A program made the position numbers and the translations under genes. The notes beneath the pieces are model-generated. The model saw only the letters and a list, made by a program, of their open reading frames with translations. It had not been told where the DNA came from and did not search any database. A stretch of 64,000 nucleotides of DNA from Chrysomallon squamiferum (Eukaryota; Animalia; Mollusca), in NCBI GenBank assembly GCA_012295275.1, contig CM022673.1, forward strand, positions 5,642,001 through 5,706,000, written 5' to 3'. Shown in pieces: positions 46,801-64,000 of this stretch. The stretch's first letter is position 1. Every line of letters starts with the position of its first letter.

Positions 46801-48575
46801 AACTTTATTTACTGAACAAGCAGGAACAGGGGGAAAAAAAATAGTTTGGTACAAGTATTTAATTAATTTCTGCAGCATACAGATAATTCAATGGGCTTTA
46901 CACTGCATAGAAAAAACAATTTGTTTGCAAAGGTTATAATTAATACTTGTCAGTAAAACTTTAACACAATATTTTATATAAATGAAATGAGGACAGCTTA
47001 TATATCTGTATATATCTATACATAGACTGGTCTCATTTCCCCAGTCTTGAATAAACCTTGGACAAAAATGAAGGCTGTACAGCATACACAAATGCATAAT
47101 TGATCTTGTTAAAATACACACCCTGTCTGGCAACATTTGATTTGAATGAATTAATCTTTATTTTTAAAAAAAGTATCTATGTGGTTTGTGAAAAGTGACT
47201 TTTATTTTTGTTGGGAATGTCTAGACATCACGATTTCTTTTGAAAACATTCTATTTATATGCAAATTAAGTGTTTACTGTCCAAGGTCATTTCAAAGTGG
47301 AGAGAGGACTATACAAACATATTTTATTTTTATTATTATTTTTTTTTTTCAAACTGTATATATACAATTTAAGAAAAAGAAAAGAATATATAAATACAAT
47401 TTAAGAAATGATAGTAAGCTATTTAACATATATAAACTTGCATACTATTCCATTAATTATAATAACAAAAACATTAGCTGATTCCAGACTAGCTTGATAA
47501 AAGTCAAAATAATATTATATATTATTTCTGTATTTATTTACATTAAATTTTATGTCATAAGTAAACACTGGAATGTTTGAAAAATGGATTTCGTTGTCAA
47601 ATTGCCTTAACGGTTTTTAAAATTTATATAATATATCAATAAATATTTTCTTAAGTACATTTTTTACACATATGCAACAAACTTGTCTATGTATTTTTTT
47701 CTATTCCAATAACACAGCTTCAATAAAGAACACCCCTCCTGTCTATGGGAAAGTGAATGTAACAGACTGAATACTGCTAATGAAAAAACATAGCAACTTT
47801 TGTCTGAAGACAATGTTTCTGAAATAACAAATTTATAATCAAAGACAGAATATTCATTGCTGCTCTGAATAAACAAAACAAACTTTAAATTCAATGTCCT
47901 GGTGTAGCTGTAACTTTAAAGGAATATTTTAAATACATAATTTTTTTAAAGAAATTATATGTGAAAATACATTTAACTAAATAAATAAAAAAATATCATA
48001 ATAATAATAATAATAATAAAAGCCAGCTCCCCAAAAAACTACAAAAAGACACATATGGATTTCTGTATTTTCAGTACATAACAAATATAACAAGCTAATT
48101 AACTAAATATATTAACATGTTATTTTAATGTAGTAATCAGTAAATTAATAATATATTAATAAAAAAATATGTTAATAAATATGTATAACAGGTTCAGAAA
48201 ATAATTAACAAAACAAAAATACAACAAATTTTTGAATCAAAAGGGTCTTAAAGGATTATAATTCATAACACAGTAAAATGTAATTTTAACAAAATATTTC
48301 AATTTTAAAACAAAATGATAATTAAAAATAATTTCAAATCAACAGTGTGACACTATACTAATCTTAACAATTAAGTGTATTTTTAAAAGAAATTGTAATA
48401 TAATGTTAAGTAGAGTATTAATATAAAATTTAAAAAAAACTAATTCTTTGTGTAAGTACATGCCTACAGAAAATATTAAAAATATTAATAATTCTGTAAA
48501 CTGCAGATGGATTTTTAATACAAATTAATAAGTAAATAAATATATAATACAATAAAATAAAAAAGTAAAATGATG

Positions 48576-48638
<63 letters not shown>

Positions 48639-49326
48639 TAATAATAAATAATAATAATTATAAATTTAAATTTTTAATTTTTTTTTTTATTGCTTATCTA
48701 TTTTAAAAATATGTTGATAAAAATTTGGCAAGGATACCAAGATGCATCTTGATTAAAGAATTCACTGACTATTTTACATATAAAAAAAAATGATAACTAC
48801 ATTACAGTATTTACTAAAACTAATTTTAGCACCTAAATTCAACATAAAATGATGGAATGCAGTTTACACAAGAAGCTGAAAACCCTGGAGCTTATTTTGA
48901 TAAACTTATATCATCCACATAACAGACACTTTCAACATCATCTCTCTGTTGATATGTGTTTATAATGTAGTTTAATACTTGCTCATGAAAATAAATGTGC
49001 TGAAACAAGCAAATATTGGTTTACCAATCATTACTCAACAGGACACTTATATTCAATACCCCATTTAAATAATTTTGTATCAGTTTTTTCAAAGAAATAT
49101 TTGGAATGTATCTAGTACATGAGAAAATGTATTATACCAATGAGGTAAATTGAAAAATGTCATTATTAATAACCTCTGTAAAATGAATTTGCATCTATCT
49201 GCAATATATATTGAATAAAAAAACACAAAAAAGTATTGTAACATTTTCGTTTTCAGTTGTCAAGTTAATGTGAAAGGTCACAAATTTTATTTTATTTTTT
49301 CAATTATATATATTTATTCTGTTAAT

Positions 49327-49359
<33 letters not shown>

Positions 49360-51091
49360 CACAATTTTCATTACATTAATGAAAAGACATGGAATCATTT
49401 ATAACTCATGATCTGAACACTGAACTACAGCTACTAACATTAATCTATTTCACAAACAAATTAAATATTACTTGACTTGAACTGTGAAACTGCAGCTATT
49501 CGTAACTTGAACAAAATTACTATAGTTCCTGATTGGCACATGATGCTTCTACAAATTTCTGACTTCTACATTAAACATTTGTTTCATGACTTGTAAATAC
49601 AAACACTACATTTGCTGACTAGCATGCTCAAACATTAAATGTTTCTGACAAAGTGATAAAACTGGTTTGTAACCTAACGACAAAACTGAAGCTTGTAGAT
49701 TTTGTAACGTAACAGTTCTTGACTTGTACACAGTGCTATTTCACAAGAAAATACAATTATTATGATTTGTACAAGTGAAGGAATCAGGCATTTTTCCCAA
49801 CTCATACTACAAACTATATCTGTTCATCATACAGTTCACAATTCTACTTTGATCATTCTTCTTTTCAGCGTCAGAAATAATTTTTTTGAAAAATCTCTCA
49901 AAACTTTCTATGAAAAAGGAGTAAGCAAAATCATATTCTCTATAATGTCTTTACATAACCTGAAAACTTTCTCAAGTTCATAACTCTCAAATGTTTAATC
50001 TATAACACCACTGAAATTCAAAACATTGCATTAAAAAACATCAACAATCAAAAGACCAAAATTATGCATATAAAACAGCAGAGTTTATTTATTTACAAAG
50101 GTGATAAAAACCCACATATGAGACAGCGTGAAAAAGAATTAAATCCAGAAGTCAGACATATATGATGAAACACCATAGGAAAAAAAAGGTGTATTCACAC
50201 AGTCTAATTTCTACTAACCAAATATGAATCACATAATCACAAAAACAAATAATAAGACCGAAGAATATAGAAAAATATTTGAAGATCCCATTTCAGAGAC
50301 AAAGGCTGCCCCTCCAAAAAACACACCCAGCCTCTTGAAATGTTAAATATATGAAGTAAAGGCACTGTTCATACTGTCCAATTTATAGAAACTACATCTG
50401 AGACAATATAAAGAAACAAATAAATTAAGTAATCATAATATGACAAAGATGACTTTTAAACAATACAAAACGAAATCCAGCTGCACTTCACAAATAAAGA
50501 AAAAACATTTCTGACATTAATGTTTGACACAGAATTAAAAGAAAAATATTAAGAGAAAATCAATTTATAATCAATTTATGGCTGATTACAATATTTTTTG
50601 CTTTTAATGCTTTAAGTACTTATATATTAAGATATATTAAAGTATTTAGGTTAAAATTTACCATAACATTTTGAACAGATTTCTAAAACCTGCAAAAACT
50701 TTTGTTAGAAAAACATTAAATTATTTTTAAAAAATTATTATTAATTTTTGAATTCACCATTTAATAACTGAAACATAAAATTTAAAAAAACAGCACAATT
50801 ACATTTTATATAAATATCACACACAATTATTATTTTGTTACTGGCTACCAAACTTTATGTTGTAATAAAGTACAACAACAACAATAACAACATAACAAGA
50901 CTGTTGTTATTCAGTGGGGCTGGAATTTACCTTTTCTTTCATTGCTGCTTATTTAGAAATTGAAAAACTATATACCTACAATAAACACCGTAAAAGCTAA
51001 AATTGAACCCACAAATAATGCATGAATAGCAGAGAGCTATAATAAATAAATGACTAAATGCTTAAATAAACGTGTTGCTAGTGATGATGTG

Positions 51092-60179
<9,088 letters not shown>

Positions 60180-60575
60180 TTTTCTGAGTCTGTTCTATGC
60201 ATAAAAAAGAAAATTAGAACGTCCTGTTAAAACTAACTGAAGTCTCAAACTTCTATCAGAAATTGTTTAACGTACACAATAAAGGTAGATCACTCTAATA
60301 TTTGAAACACGATTCTCCTGTAACTCAGTCTTTTAAATGATTTTGTTTACTGAACTTTTCGTCATTTAAAGAAACAACAAAACAGAGATAAATATTTTTA
60401 ATTTTGTGTTTTGATGTAGTATCTTCTGTAAATGCACACTGCACATTACAATATAGCGATATAGCGGAAGATTAGATTATTATTTCACGTTCCAAAACTT
60501 TTTCTGGATAATCTGCATATTGGTCAAGCAGCGTTAAATTATTTTATAAACACTGAAGAAACAGAAATAAAATAT

Positions 60576-60577
<2 letters not shown>

Positions 60578-60648
<71 letters not shown>
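60578..60648. repeat. (GA)n microsatellite between GALNT and GH105
   Basis: Directly visible. Confidence 0.95.
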
Positions 60649-60652
<4 letters not shown>

Positions 60653-61032
60653 AATAATTAATACAAGGTTTGCATCATAATCCTAATTAATTCTTCAATC
60701 AAAATACATAGTAAATTCTATCTTGATAGTTGGGAAATATCTGACTAAATTAAGTACTTAACCTTGATCTTTTCGAATTATCAAAAAAAAAAAAAAACCG
60801 ATTAGACGGAGGTCTTTATCTCCAACGAATAATCATTACCGTAAATTTTCAATAAATACAGTTAAATAATTATCTGCTATTTTAGCCACCGAGTAAGCAA
60901 CAGTAATGATAATAATAATAATAACAACAATAGTCATTTTAAAGAACTTCAAACATTTATTATTAACAAACAATTAATATGAGATATACATAATGTTTTA
61001 CTAAATTTTAATAATAATAATAATAATAATAA

Positions 61033-61063
<31 letters not shown>

Positions 61064-61752
61064 AAGAAGAAAACAACAATAACAACAACATCAAAAACAA
61101 CAATTTTAAAACATATTGTTCTGTGTCTTTGGGTTTATTAGGCATGTTATTTTCACCTGTGTCACACATTATTTATTTAAAAAATCAGCTAGAATGGATG
61201 TAGAAGAAAGAAAGAAAAAAACAAAACAAAACGAATCTGACATTAGTAGATCGATATAGTAGTATATAAATTTACTAACAAATTTTGTACACACACATTA
61301 CACTCATACCAACACTTACTGACTTTGCTGTCGTTGTTGTATTAACTGGAGTAGTAGTAGTGGTAGTAGTAACAGTACTAGTACCAGTACTGGAGTAGTA
61401 TTAATAGCAGCAGCAGCAGTAGCAGTAATAGCAGCAGTAGTAGTATCAATAGTGGTATCAGCTGCAGTAGCGAATGTAGTTGTGGTTCGTGGTCCAACAT
61501 CATTTCATCGGGTAATTAACAAAATTACCGAAGGCTGAATGATTTGAAAAAAAAATAATGCTTCCATACTGCATACTGGAAAGAATATTTTATTATTCTG
61601 ACAAGTATATTCTTATAGGTATATTTATTTATATATTTATTTATTTATTTATATTTATTATTATTTTTTCACCTCAGATATATTCTGTATTACAGATGTT
61701 TAGAGTCACTTTTGATAACACAAATACGGTAAATAAACGAGATACTGTTTTC

Positions 61753-64000
<2,248 letters not shown>

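Noticed and set aside
43819-51091. Additional gene between SMARCD and GALNT
   Set aside because: No protein-like ORF or exon chain. Consistent with convergent 3' UTRs and intergenic AT-rich DNA.

Overview
AT-rich, intron-rich animal genomic DNA. It is probably a gastropod mollusc, inferred from gene content, microsatellites and a tRNA-derived SINE relic. Most short ORFs in the track are microsatellite or intron noise. Manual splicing (GT-AG sites, phase-checked) gives six protein-coding genes. (1) The last exon of METTL2 (+). (2) An orphan coiled-coil protein with a 2.4-kb exon (+). (3) A complete 16-exon SMARCD/BAF60 gene (+, 9928-43818). Its first intron contains a TTAA-flanked DNA-transposon relic and (4) a complete antisense 7-exon clan-2 cytochrome P450 with atypical catalytic motifs. 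(5) A complete 11-exon polypeptide GalNAc-transferase (-). (6) Head-to-head with it, an intron-containing, signal-peptide-bearing GH105 unsaturated-uronyl hydrolase (+, runs off the window end); this family is best known from bacteria and fungi. Also notable: two candidate in-frame microexons (27 nt and 6 nt) in SMARCD, and four separate tandem duplications anchored on exon-intron junctions.
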